Assembly: GCA_963705305.1 (NCBI GenBank)
Contig: OY970067.1
Location: 1,568,001 to 1,632,000, forward strand
Source of the DNA: an uncultured Methylomirabilota bacterium
GTDB lineage: Bacteria; Methylomirabilota; Methylomirabilia; Methylomirabilales; 2-02-FULL-66-22
Direction: 5' to 3'
DNA length: 64,000 nt
Shown here: positions 41,518-51,681 of the stretch, piece by piece
How positions within the stretch are numbered: the stretch's first letter is position 1
Layout: every line of letters begins with the position of its first letter
Program-made: the position numbers and the translations under genes
Notes under the pieces: generated by a model
Seen by the model: the letters and a program-made list of their open reading frames with translations, nothing else
Databases searched by the model: none
Told to the model about the DNA's origin: nothing

Positions 41518-42459
41518 ATGAACATCATTGAGACCCAAGATCTGACGAGGGTATTTCCGGGGAGGACCGCCGTCGCCCATCTCAATCTGGCGGTTCAGGT
41601 GGGGGAGATCTACGGCTTCCTCGGGCCGAACGGGGCGGGCAAGACGACCACGATCCGCATGCTCGCGGGCCTGCTCCCCCCTTCCCGGGGCAAGGTGCGG
41701 GTGGCGGGGCACGACCTCCAGACCGATCGGGACGGGGCGCGGGCCAGCATCGGCCTCCTGCCGGAATCGGTCGGCTACTACGGATGGATGACGCCGGTGG
41801 AGTACCTGCAATTCTTTGCGGACCTCTACGGCGTCCGGCCGAAGGGGGGTCGCGACCGCATCGGCAGTCTGCTCGGGCAGGTAGGGCTCTCCGACCGGCA
41901 GCAAAGCCGGATCACTACCCTCTCACGCGGCATGCGGGCCCGCCTGGGGATCGCCCGGTCGCTGGTCCACCGGCCGCGTGTCCTCTTCCTGGACGAGCCG
42001 ATCCTGGGCTTAGACCCGCTGGGCCAGCGGGACATTCTGGAGCTCATCCAGCACGTCAATCGCGAGGAGGGCGTGACCGTCTTTCTCTCCAGCCATGCCC
42101 TCGACCAGGTCGGGCAGTTGTGCGCCCGGGTGGGCATCCTGAACGAGGGGCGTCTGGTGGCGCAGGGGACCCCCTCCGAGCTGCGTCGTCAGATCGAGAT
42201 GCCATCGTCCCTGCACCTGACCGTGACGCAGGCTGACCTGGCGTGGGAGATCGCCATGGGGCTGAAGCTGTATGCCGAGGCGAGAGTCCTGGACCCGGAA
42301 CACCTGGTCGTGACCCCCAGAGGCACCAGCCCGCAGACGGAAGTCCTGGTGCAGGCCCTGGTGAAGGCCGGCGTGGCCGTCCGCGAGGCGCTGACCCGGG
42401 GGCCCAGCCTCGAGGAGCTGTTCTTTGCGCTGATCCAGCGGGAAAGGACCGGAGCATGA
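41518..42459 (+). CDS. ABC transporter ATP-binding protein
   Basis: GPNGAGKT, LSRGM, LFLDEP. Confidence 0.95.
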   Translation: MNIIETQDLTRVFPGRTAVAHLNLAVQVGEIYGFLGPNGAGKTTTIRMLAGLLPPSRGKVRVAGHDLQTDRDGARASIGLLPESVGYYGWMTPVEYLQFFADLYGVRPKGGRDRIGSLLGQVGLSDRQQSRITTLSRGMRARLGIARSLVHRPRVLFLDEPILGLDPLGQRDILELIQHVNREEGVTVFLSSHALDQVGQLCARVGILNEGRLVAQGTPSELRRQIEMPSSLHLTVTQADLAWEIAMGLKLYAEARVLDPEHLVVTPRGTSPQTEVLVQALVKAGVAVREALTRGPSLEELFFALIQRERTGA

Positions 42460-43208
42460 AGACCCGGACACTGGGCCTGCGGGCCCTCCGCGAGCTGGCC
42501 TTCACCCCCAAGGGACTGGGCTGGCTCCCGGCCTTCAGCATCCTGCTGAGCCTGCTGGTGTACCTCTTTCTCACCAACGTGGACCTCAGCCTGATGGATC
42601 AGAAGACCATGATGTTCATGACCAGCCAGGCGGTCCTCCTGCTGGGGGTCCTGGCGGTCACCGTGACCGGAGCGGAAGCGGTGGCGGGCGAGCGGGAGCG
42701 CGGCACGCTGGAAGCGATCCTGGCGGCGCCCGCCTCGCCCGGCCAGCTCCTGGGCGGCTACCTTGGGGGAGTGCTGGCTCCCTGGGCGGCGATGGCCGTC
42801 ATCGCGCTGCCCTACCTAGCCGTCGTCTCCGCCGGGAGCGGGGGCTTCCTGCCGGCGGCTGTCTACCTGCTGGGGACGGGGAGCCTGCTGGCGCTGGGGG
42901 TAGGCGGGTGGACCGTCGGGCTATCGGCCCAGGCCGACTCGCTACGGAACGGCATCCTGCTGGCTCTGGTGGTGTACGCCGGCCTGGCCATCCCCGCCGT
43001 GCTCAGCTCGGCTCTCCGGGCCAATTGGGCGGGACGCGCCTACGATTTCGTGAATCCGTTCGCCAATGCGATGAACACCCTCGACAGTGTGATCATCGAC
43101 GAGCAGGGGCTGGGGTTCCAGCTGGTCCGGCTTCTGGTGTTGGCTGCCTTCGCCGGCGCTGGCCTGCTGTACGGGCGTCGCCAGATCTCCAGACTGTCGC
43201 TGAGCTAG
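42456..43208 (+). CDS. ABC-2 type permease
   Basis: GERERGTLEAIL motif, 6 TMs, ATGA overlap. Confidence 0.9.
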   Translation: MKTRTLGLRALRELAFTPKGLGWLPAFSILLSLLVYLFLTNVDLSLMDQKTMMFMTSQAVLLLGVLAVTVTGAEAVAGERERGTLEAILAAPASPGQLLGGYLGGVLAPWAAMAVIALPYLAVVSAGSGGFLPAAVYLLGTGSLLALGVGGWTVGLSAQADSLRNGILLALVVYAGLAIPAVLSSALRANWAGRAYDFVNPFANAMNTLDSVIIDEQGLGFQLVRLLVLAAFAGAGLLYGRRQISRLSLS

Positions 43209-43221
43209 GGAAGGCAGGACC

Positions 43222-43785
43222 ATGCACGCTTCAACGAGAACACAGGAGCGGCATCTGATCGGGTGGGTTCTGGGGCTGGCGTTGGCCTTCGGGCTGGTCT
43301 CGTCCAGCTTGGCCGGGGAGCCGGCGCCTCTCCAGGTCCAGCTCACCGCCACCGGCGGAGCACGCCTCGTCGGGGACCACGCGAGGGTCGTCGCAACCGT
43401 GGCGAACACGGGCAGCCGGCCCCTCCGCGATGTGGTCCTGATGCTCTCGCTGCTGGATGTCAGCGGCTCGCCAGCGGTCCCGCTGGGGGTCGAGGACTGG
43501 ACGCCCACCCCCGAGGCCGTCCATGCGGCCAGCCTGGCGCCGGGGGCGCACCTCACGGGGACCTGGCGCCTGAGGATGATCCAGGCCGGCCGCCTGGCGA
43601 TCTTCACCACCGCGGTCGCCGGCAGCAGCCATTCCGTGGCGAACAGCCGACCGGTGATCTTGGAGATTGGCCCAACACATAATCTGACGCCTGGGACGGT
43701 GCTCCCGGTTGCGTTCGGTGTGCCGCTCGTCATGCTAGCGGGCGGTGGGGCCCTTCTCTGGCGCCGCCGGGCCACCGGACGCTGA
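43222..43785 (+). CDS. Exported Ig-like protein with C-terminal TM anchor
   Basis: Signal peptide, VVATVANTG..W.L.MIQAG, TM + RRR tail; paralog of next gene. Confidence 0.8.
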   Translation: MHASTRTQERHLIGWVLGLALAFGLVSSSLAGEPAPLQVQLTATGGARLVGDHARVVATVANTGSRPLRDVVLMLSLLDVSGSPAVPLGVEDWTPTPEAVHAASLAPGAHLTGTWRLRMIQAGRLAIFTTAVAGSSHSVANSRPVILEIGPTHNLTPGTVLPVAFGVPLVMLAGGGALLWRRRATGR

Positions 43786-43813
43786 GGCGCGGGTAAGCAT
43801 CGTGAAGGAGTAG

Positions 43814-44401
43814 TTGCCGATGTCTCGTACCATTCTGGCCATGATCGCCTCACTGGGTCTCTGTGTTGCACCTCTCGTGGCAAAGGGTGCGGTCGCTGCC
43901 GGCACGGGTCCGACAGAAGGAGCAGGAGGACTGCGGGTGACGGTGACAGTCGTCATCGGACCCACCGTCAAGACAGGGGATCGCGTGACGGTCACGGCGA
44001 CGGTGACGAATGCGACACCTCAACCGGTGAACGGCATCACGCTGCTCCTGGGCCTGGTGGACCTGACGCCGGGGCAGCCCGTGCCCCTGGGCCTGGAGAC
44101 CTGGACCATGGATCCCGAATCCGTGGCGCTGTCCCCCCTTACGGCCGGCACCTCGGAGTCCGCCACCTGGCACCTGGTGATGATCCAGCCCGGTCCTCTG
44201 GGGATCTACGCGTCCGCCATGGCCGGCCCTGATGGGCCTATCGTGAGCAGCCCGGTCTCTGTACTGCCGGTCCGGGACGTGCGGCCCCTGAATCCCTGGA
44301 ACGTCCTTCCCGTGGCGGTCGGCGAGCCGATAGTCCTCCTAGCTCTCGTGTTTAGCGGAAGACTCCGTCGGAATGGTCGGACTTGCCAGGGCGTTGATTG
44401 A
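43814..44401 (+). CDS. Exported Ig-like protein with C-terminal TM anchor
   Basis: VTATVTN..PVPLGLETWT..WHLVMIQPG..VLPVAVG. Confidence 0.8.
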   Translation: MPMSRTILAMIASLGLCVAPLVAKGAVAAGTGPTEGAGGLRVTVTVVIGPTVKTGDRVTVTATVTNATPQPVNGITLLLGLVDLTPGQPVPLGLETWTMDPESVALSPLTAGTSESATWHLVMIQPGPLGIYASAMAGPDGPIVSSPVSVLPVRDVRPLNPWNVLPVAVGEPIVLLALVFSGRLRRNGRTCQGVD

Positions 44402-44485
44402 TTGGTCCGACCCCGGTCGTCGAAGGCTCGATGCCTCACGTGCCGCCTACCATGTTTTTGCCACCTCCCGAACTTCTCTTCCAAC

Positions 44486-44540
44486 CTTACATGGATGTAA
44501 TTTTCCGGCAATGCTCCTGCAAGTCTCCGTGCCTAATGTG
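44486..44540 (+). promoter_or_regulatory. Cop-box-like operator/promoter copy 3
   Basis: CTTACAtggaTGTAATtttccGGCAATgctccTGCAAG. Confidence 0.8.
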
Positions 44541-44779
44541 GGGCGGCCCAGAGAGAGATCGTGATTCGACCGGCCGACTCCTGACAGCGAAAGTCCCGCG
44601 GGGGGCAGGAGATCAGCCCTAGGCGGAGAGTCTTGCACGCCTGCCACGAATCTGCCGATCGCAACATCCGACTGCCCTGTTGGCTCCTGGGTAGGCCAAA
44701 ACAAGCACGGTTCCCCGCGCCTGGCCACCGGGCGCAAGGACGAATGTATTGATGAATCCTTGACGCGTGGACGGGTACA

Positions 44780-46678
44780 ATGTGCGGAATTTGCGGCGTT
44801 GCATTCCTTGATCAAGGTCCGCGAGTTGATGAGAAACTTCTGGAGGCCATGCGGGATACGCTGACGCCGCGGGGGCCCGATGAGGCCGGGCTATACCTTG
44901 ATGGAAACGTCGGTCTTGCCTCCAGGCGTCTCAGCATCATCGATCTGGCCGAGGGCCATCAACCCATGGCCAACGAGGATGGATCCGTCTGGATCGTATT
45001 TAACGGGGAGATCTACAACTTCAAGGAGGTGCGGGACTTCCTCCAAACCCGGGAGCACAAGTTCAGGACGAACAGCGATACCGAGGTCATTCTTCATGCA
45101 TACGAAGAGGAGGGCCCCGACTGCCTCAAACGTCTTAATGGAATGTTTGCGTTTGCGCTCTATGATAAGAACGCCCGACGGCTCTTCGTAGCGCGCGACC
45201 GGATCGGCGTGAAGCCGCTGCACTACCTCTGGGACGGCCAGCGATTCATGTTTGCGTCCGAGATAAAAGCGTTGCTGCGGGACCCCAGTGTTTCCAGGGA
45301 ACTGGATCTCCTCTCCCTGAGCAAATACCTCACCTACGAGTATGTCCCGGCCCCCCATTCGATATTTCGAGCCATTCAGAAGATCGAACCCGGCCATTGG
45401 CTCTTGCTCGACATTGCCCAGGGCAGCCTGACGAAAAGCAGGTACTGGGACATCCCACTCCTGGACGACAATCTCGGATACAAGCGGGAGGAGGACTACG
45501 CCGAAGAATTGCTGTACAGGCTGGAAGAGTCGGTCCGGCTCCGGCTCGTGAGCGACGTCCCGATCGGGATTTTCTTGAGCGGCGGGATTGACTCCAGCAC
45601 GGTTGCAGCCCTTGCCAACAAGCATCACGGTTCGCCCATTACTGCCTTCACCGTTGCGTTCGATGACAAGTCATTTGACGAGTCGGCATATGCAACCCTC
45701 GTGGGACGCACCCTCGGCGTGGACCATCGCGTTGAGACATTCAGCCCCCGAAGAATGTGCGAGATCCTTCCGCGCGTTGTTGAGTGCATGGACGAACCAC
45801 TCGGAGACGCGTCGATTCTGCCGACCTACCTGCTCTCGGAGTTTGCCGCCCGTCACGTGAAGGTGGTGATGGGCGGCGATGGAGGCGACGAACTATTCGC
45901 AGGCTACCAAACTTTCCAGGCCCTAAAGCTCATTCGGTATTACGACATCCTTCCCCACGAGGTCCGCGCCTGCCTCCTCAGGATTGCGCAGGCAATGCCG
46001 GTGTCGCACCGGAATTTCTCCTTTGACTTCAAGATCAAACAGCTCCTGCGCGGGGCAGGTGTGTCCCGCGAGATAATGTTCTTCCTCTGGATGGGCTCCT
46101 TCAATGAGCGCGAGAAGCGCGACCTACTGAGCCAGGAGATCTGGGAACAGGTCAAGACTCGGAACACCTTCGAAGACCTCTTCGATTACATCAAGGCAAG
46201 CAATCTCAAGAACGAGATGGAGCGGGCCTTGTATCTTATCATGAAGCTCTACCTCCAAGATGACGTCCTAGTGAAGGTCGACCGAGCAAGCATGGCCAAT
46301 TCGCTTGAGGTGCGCGCCCCTTTCCTGGACTATACCTTCGTGGAGTTCGCAGCCCAGCTGCCTACCCTCCTGAAGCTGCGGGGGTTGACGACAAAGTATT
46401 TGTTGAAGAAAGCTGCAAGGACGGTCCTCCCCCGAGAGATCACCCACCGACGCAAGAAGGGGTTCGGGGTCCCGGTGGGGAGGTGGATTCTTGGAGACCT
46501 TCGCGAGATGTTTCAAGAGTACCTGGGGGAGGCGCGCCTCCGTCGCGAGGGCATCTTCAATCCGGCATTTGTGAGGCGGCTGCTGGATGATCACCTGGCG
46601 CGGCGTCGCGATAATCGAAAGCTGTTGTGGACCCTGATGACGTTTCAGCTGTGGCAGGGGAAATGGCTGTCTTTTTGA
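44780..46678 (+). CDS. asnB: Asparagine synthase-family glutamine amidotransferase
   Basis: MCGICG, RGPD, NGEIYN, LSGGIDS, KVDRASMANSLEVRAPFLD. Confidence 0.96.
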   Translation: MCGICGVAFLDQGPRVDEKLLEAMRDTLTPRGPDEAGLYLDGNVGLASRRLSIIDLAEGHQPMANEDGSVWIVFNGEIYNFKEVRDFLQTREHKFRTNSDTEVILHAYEEEGPDCLKRLNGMFAFALYDKNARRLFVARDRIGVKPLHYLWDGQRFMFASEIKALLRDPSVSRELDLLSLSKYLTYEYVPAPHSIFRAIQKIEPGHWLLLDIAQGSLTKSRYWDIPLLDDNLGYKREEDYAEELLYRLEESVRLRLVSDVPIGIFLSGGIDSSTVAALANKHHGSPITAFTVAFDDKSFDESAYATLVGRTLGVDHRVETFSPRRMCEILPRVVECMDEPLGDASILPTYLLSEFAARHVKVVMGGDGGDELFAGYQTFQALKLIRYYDILPHEVRACLLRIAQAMPVSHRNFSFDFKIKQLLRGAGVSREIMFFLWMGSFNEREKRDLLSQEIWEQVKTRNTFEDLFDYIKASNLKNEMERALYLIMKLYLQDDVLVKVDRASMANSLEVRAPFLDYTFVEFAAQLPTLLKLRGLTTKYLLKKAARTVLPREITHRRKKGFGVPVGRWILGDLREMFQEYLGEARLRREGIFNPAFVRRLLDDHLARRRDNRKLLWTLMTFQLWQGKWLSF

Positions 46679-46818
46679 TGCGCGACGGTCGGCACCGGGA
46701 TGCAGCATCAGCAGCACCGCCATTTTTCACTGAATCCCTCGTCGCTTGGGTGGGGAGAACCATCCTATGACCGCTCCAGTTCCGGAAGCTGACGTTCGAG
46801 CAGGCAGGCCGGAGCGTC

Positions 46819-48306
46819 GTGCGGCCGGCGGTCGTGGCCTTGGTCGGGCTGGCAGCCCTGACCGCGTTTCGGCTGTGGTATGCGACGCGGGTGGAGCTGG
46901 TGCCCGACGAGGCGTACTTCTGGCTGTGGTCCAAACATCTGGCGGCTTCGTACCGGGACAAGGGCCCCGGCGTCGCCTGGGCGATCGCACTCGGCACCCG
47001 AGTGTTCGGCGACACTGTGCTCGGTATTCGCGCCCCGGCAGTATTGCTGAGCTTCGCAACCGGGTGGCAACTGTTCGTGCTGACACGCCGGCTCTACGAC
47101 GATCGGACGGCCCTGTGGTGCCTGGGGGTGGCTGCGGTGATGCCGGTGCTTGCCGTGGGGTCTATCCTGATGGTGCCTGATGCCCTAAGCGTGTTCTTTT
47201 GGGCTTGGGCGATCAACGTGCTTTGGACCGCGCTCGAAAGCGAACAGCTTCGTCATTGGATCGCGCTGGGGGTAATTATCGGATGCGGATTTCTCGGGAA
47301 GTTCACCAACGGGGTCCAGTTGATCTGTATCGCATGGTTTCTCTGCTGGTCGAGGCCGTACCGGCGTTTCCTGTTCAGCCGGCAGAGTCTCGCGTTGGTT
47401 GCTGCATTCGTCATCACCATCTTGCCTCTCATCTACTGGAATGCCGAGGTGGGATGGGTTCATATCGCCGCGCTGCACTCTCGGAGCGGGGTGCAGGACT
47501 CCTTTGGAGTCCATCCGGACGAGCTGTTCCGTTTCCTGGGGGAACAGGCAGGCGTGGTCTCGCCATTGCTGATGATCGGCATGGTCGTGGCGGTGGTGGG
47601 CCTGTGGCGAGTCCGGGCTCACGAGACGCGGGTGCGTTTGCTCCTCAGCCAGTTCGTTCCCGTCCAGGCCCTGTTCATCTTCTTCAGTCTGAACAAGGCG
47701 GGGAAGAGCAACTGGGTTGCTCCCGCGCTGATCACCGGCGTCATCCTGCTCGTGGTGTTTTGGCGAGAGGTCGTCGCCCGAAGAGTTCGATGGCGGTGGG
47801 CGGTGGGCGCCGTCCTTGCCCTTGCTCTTCTGCAAACCACCCTCCTCCACGACACGGCGATCCTGCACCTGCCACGGAGGTTGGATCCCATGCTTCGCGC
47901 TCAGGGGTGGCCGGATTTTGCTGCTCATGTGGAGCGGGCGCGCCTGCGATACGATGCAACTCTCCTGATCGGCAATCATTACTCGCAGGCCAGCATGATG
48001 CAGTTCTATCTGCCGGACCGGCCTCCCACGTACCTACCTCCCGAACCCTACGGGAGCACGCAGTTTACCCTCTGGCCCGGCTACCGGGTCACAGCGGGAA
48101 CGCGCGCCTTGTACGTCACGGACTCGCTGAAGTGCCCGCCGCATGCCCTCCTCGACCAGTTCAGCGAGTGCTCGCTGGTGGATGATTTCTGGTCGCTGGA
48201 TGCTGGCCGACCGAGGAATCGATTCCGCATCTTCCTGCTCGAGCGGACCGAGGCTCGTGCGAGCCCGCACGATTGTCCGGTGCGTGCTGCATCCACCCAC
48301 GGCTGA
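46819..48306 (+). CDS. GT-C glycosyltransferase (ArnT/PMT_2-like)
   Basis: PDEAYFWLW, multiple TMs, PD and LGK motifs; start uncertain. Confidence 0.88.
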   Translation: MRPAVVALVGLAALTAFRLWYATRVELVPDEAYFWLWSKHLAASYRDKGPGVAWAIALGTRVFGDTVLGIRAPAVLLSFATGWQLFVLTRRLYDDRTALWCLGVAAVMPVLAVGSILMVPDALSVFFWAWAINVLWTALESEQLRHWIALGVIIGCGFLGKFTNGVQLICIAWFLCWSRPYRRFLFSRQSLALVAAFVITILPLIYWNAEVGWVHIAALHSRSGVQDSFGVHPDELFRFLGEQAGVVSPLLMIGMVVAVVGLWRVRAHETRVRLLLSQFVPVQALFIFFSLNKAGKSNWVAPALITGVILLVVFWREVVARRVRWRWAVGAVLALALLQTTLLHDTAILHLPRRLDPMLRAQGWPDFAAHVERARLRYDATLLIGNHYSQASMMQFYLPDRPPTYLPPEPYGSTQFTLWPGYRVTAGTRALYVTDSLKCPPHALLDQFSECSLVDDFWSLDAGRPRNRFRIFLLERTEARASPHDCPVRAASTHG

Positions 48307-48435
48307 ATTCCTGGCTTCGTCCTGCGCAAGGGCAACGGCTGTTCGTTCGAGTCGCCCGTGTTTCCCCGACCACTCATGGCGGTTTGAACTTGGGATATTC
48401 GCAGGCGATGCAGCGATCTGGCGGACGAGAGGCAC

Positions 48436-49605
48436 TCAGCCGCGCTCTCCTAAGACGGGAGCACGGCGCGGCGCCGGTATAAGCGCTTGGCGAAGCGTGC
48501 CGGGGAAGAGGTTCGCTTGAACGAACAGGAGGCCTCCTCCCAGGGCAATCAAGAGGTCGGGCAGCCACATGGCGAGCACCTCGGGCACCAATCCGGCATT
48601 CGCCATGGCCTCTCCGGCGACGAGAAGCACGTAGTAGCCTACGGTGAAGGCCACCGAGATCGCCAGGCTGAGCCCTCGGCCTCCCTTCCGGAACCGGCTG
48701 CCCAGGGGGAGGCCCAACAGAGGAAAGAGCATGCAGGAGACGGGAATGGCGAGCTTCTTGTGAAACTCCACCATGGGGGGATGGTAATTTTGCCCGTGCG
48801 CCCGCAGCGTCGCGGCGCGTTTCCACAGCTCGGTCAGCGTCAGTTCCTGATCGCCCATGGGGCGCTCCATGGGACTGGCCAGGTTTCGGTTCATGTCCAG
48901 CGTCAGCGTGTAATTCGAAAAAGTGAGCAAGCGGTAGCCGCCGGAGGGCTCGGAGGCGGACAGGTGGATGGTCCCCTGGTTCAGGCTGAGTGTCATGGTC
49001 AGGTTCTTCCGGTCCGAGGTGAACCGACCGTCTCGGGCGACAATGACTTTGGGCTCCGCGGGATTGCGGGTATCCACGAGGAAGATGCCCTGCATCTGGG
49101 AGGTTTTTGGGTCCGCGTGCTCCACGTACAGGATGAGACCCTCGAAGTTGCTGTTGAAGACGCCGTCCTGAATCCCTACGGCCACCTGCCGCTGCGCCAT
49201 CTGGAATACCAGATTCTTGAAGGCGTTGTTACTGAAGGGCAGGATCCAGATGGTGATGAGGAGGGTCAGAACACATGTGAACAGGCCGAACCAGGCGGCC
49301 GGCCGGGTGAGGCGAATGAGGCTCAGGCCGGCGCCGCGCAGGACCAAAAGCTCCCCGTCGGCGCCGAGGCGCATGAACGTCGCAAGCGTGGCGAGGAGGA
49401 CCGACATAGGGATGGTCACCACCAGCGAGTAGGGCAGGATGTACAGGAAGAGCCGGAGGACCGTCCAGATCCCGACGCCCTTGTTGACGATCAACTCGAC
49501 CAGGCGAAGGATGTTATTCGTCAGAAGGACGAAGGTGAAAATCATGAGGCCGAGGCCGAAGGCCGTCCCCATCTCTTTCAGCATGGCGCGATCCACGAGC
49601 GTCAT
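48436..49605 (-). CDS. lptF: LPS export permease LptF/LptG family
   Basis: TIPMSVLLA..DGEL, EFHKKLAIP, AMWLPD. Confidence 0.9.
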   Translation of the reverse strand: MTLVDRAMLKEMGTAFGLGLMIFTFVLLTNNILRLVELIVNKGVGIWTVLRLFLYILPYSLVVTIPMSVLLATLATFMRLGADGELLVLRGAGLSLIRLTRPAAWFGLFTCVLTLLITIWILPFSNNAFKNLVFQMAQRQVAVGIQDGVFNSNFEGLILYVEHADPKTSQMQGIFLVDTRNPAEPKVIVARDGRFTSDRKNLTMTLSLNQGTIHLSASEPSGGYRLLTFSNYTLTLDMNRNLASPMERPMGDQELTLTELWKRAATLRAHGQNYHPPMVEFHKKLAIPVSCMLFPLLGLPLGSRFRKGGRGLSLAISVAFTVGYYVLLVAGEAMANAGLVPEVLAMWLPDLLIALGGGLLFVQANLFPGTLRQALIPAPRRAPVLGERG

Positions 49606-50018
49606 GTCGATTCCCCATGCTCAGGCCGAAGGTGCGTGGAGATTCTATTTATGAAATTGGGGGCGGGCCAACAGTTTCTTGACGTATTTCTTTGATGTAA
49701 TGTTGCAGTAATGTTCCTGCAAGGTTTCGTGCTCCCGGTGAGGTGGTTCATTTGTGAGGAACGCGGCGGTGGAGCGACCGACCGGAGGCTAGCCGGACCA
49801 GACTTGGCGCCCGGTCACTGTTATGCCTGCCGGCACATGGAGATCTTTGAGCGCACCTTCCTTTCTATCCAGCCGGATTCTATTTGGAAGACAGGAGATT
49901 CGCCCTTCATGGGGGAGCCAAGCGGGGCTCGAACTCGAGTGTCTGCGAGGGCGGGGAATCTCGGAGGAGGTTTTGCTGGTCAGGAGGTCCTGCATTTCCG
50001 GAGCAACGTATATATAAA

Positions 50019-50049
50019 TGGTGTCCCCAGCGGGATTCGAACCCGCGTT
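50019..50049 (-). tRNA. tRNA 3' fragment (Glu-like), att site copy C; not a complete tRNA
   Basis: Minus strand AACGCGGGTTCGAATCCCGCTGGGGACACCA: intact T-arm, acceptor 3' strand and CCA; no D or anticodon arm. Confidence 0.8.
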
Positions 50050-50218
50050 ATGGTTACCCCTTCTCTGATCACCCGAACTCTTCATCAAAAGCTGTGGCGT
50101 GTCGATTCCTCCCAGGCTCCCCGGGCAGGATTCGAATCAGCCGGGGATTCGTTTCCCTTCTCAGAGACTTGGGGCGCTCCCAACACTCCTGGCAGATCGG
50201 CCAGGACCCTCCTTTAAT

Positions 50219-50770
50219 CTAGCTGTCGTTGTCTTTCTCGCTCCCACCCCCAAGCAAGTTGCCGAGCCCCTCAAGGATCGAGCCCGCCGCTCCCGTCCCT
50301 GCTCCCGACCCGGCGTCTTGGCCGCCACTTCTCCCACCGAGGAGGCCGCCGAGCAAGCCTCCGGTTGTGGAGGCCACCGTGTGAGCCGCTGTCCCGCTCT
50401 CCAGTATGGCTGGCGCCGCGCTTCGCGCAAGGTGCATCAGCGCGGGCGACTGGAGCCAGATGCGCCCGGGCCCAGTCAACGCGGCGAAGACGAGCCCTTG
50501 GCCGCCGAAAAGGGCGGACTTGATGCTGCCGACGTATTCGATGTCGTAGGACACGGTATTCTCGAAGGCCACGATCGCGCCTGTCTGCACCCGCAGCTTC
50601 TCGCCGGACTCGAGTCGGTGTTCGGAGACCGCCCCAGCGCCGGCCACGAAGACCAATCCCTCCCCCTGAAGGCGCAGCAGGATGAAGCCGGCGCCTCCCA
50701 GGAGACCGGCGCCCAGGTTCTTCTGAAAGGCAATCGTGATGTTCTCTCCCTTCCCTCCGGCCAGAAGGAC
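50219..50770 (-). pseudogene. AIM24-family protein, C-terminal half only
   Basis: GLLGGAGFILLRLQGEG..SALFGGQGL..LTGPGRIWLQS; N-terminal half not recognisable. Confidence 0.75.
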
Positions 50771-51114
50771 TGGCTGGGGCTGCCTCTCTCGTCGCCCCCT
50801 GGTGGCCGTCAGTTTGGCGCGCGGGACCTGCCCCGCTGGCACGCGCTTAGAGGGGCCGGTGACTCGAAGAGCCAATTTTTCCATGGGTTATGGCATCGGC
50901 CATCGGTGTCCCCCGTGGCACAGACGTTGCTTTCGAGTCTCACGGGTACGGCATGGGTGCCCTCGGCCTGCATGCCGGGGACAGACTTCCGGCCGGATCC
51001 CACGAGCAGGCAGCAAAAAAAGGGGGGCGTCGCATTAAACGTTTGTCCCGGACAGGGCTCTGATCAAGCAGAGCGAACATTGAGTGCCACACCCGCTCAG
51101 AGAGGAGACAAGCC

Positions 51115-51495
51115 ATGACGAGGTACATGATGATGCTGCTCGGGGTGCTGCTCGCCGGCGCCCTGCTCACCCCCGCGTCCCCGGCCTGGGCCGGCCCGGA
51201 GAAAGACCCGAAGTTTCAGAAGAACCACCCGCGCCAGACGCAGGTGCTGAACCGCGTGGATCGGGAGCGGAACCGCGTCAACACTCTCTACAAGCAGGGG
51301 AAGATCACCGCCCAACAGCGGAACCAGCTGCGGGGACAGATCCGCAGCGAGCGCAAGGAAGACTACACGGACGCCCGGGCCAACAGCAAGAGTGGCACGG
51401 TCCGCAGCGGCTACATCACCCGGGGGCAGCAGGGCGGGATGAACCAGCAGGAGAATCAGATCAGCCGCGAGATCCGGCAAGACGCCGGCAAGTAG
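51115..51495 (+). CDS. Secreted Gln/Arg-rich helical protein
   Basis: Signal peptide ending AWA; internal repeat GKITAQQ / GYITRGQQ; GAGGAG RBS. Confidence 0.8.
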   Translation: MTRYMMMLLGVLLAGALLTPASPAWAGPEKDPKFQKNHPRQTQVLNRVDRERNRVNTLYKQGKITAQQRNQLRGQIRSERKEDYTDARANSKSGTVRSGYITRGQQGGMNQQENQISREIRQDAGK

Positions 51496-51681
51496 CCTGG
51501 GGCCGCCCCCCGCCCCCTACCACCCGGGGCGGGGAGAGTGGGTTATAATGAGGACGGAGTTGAGGGCGCAACAGATTAGCTGTCCTCCGCCTTGTCCCGA
51601 AGTCCCCGAGCGACTGAGAACTCCAGCGCCTGCCAGCTGCTCGACCGGCGCGCGGCCACTCGGTTCAGCCCCTGGCGTGGG

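Noticed and set aside
50019..50049. Complete functional tRNA genes here and at 62058
   Set aside because: Only 3' portions are present; no D-arm or 5' acceptor strand.
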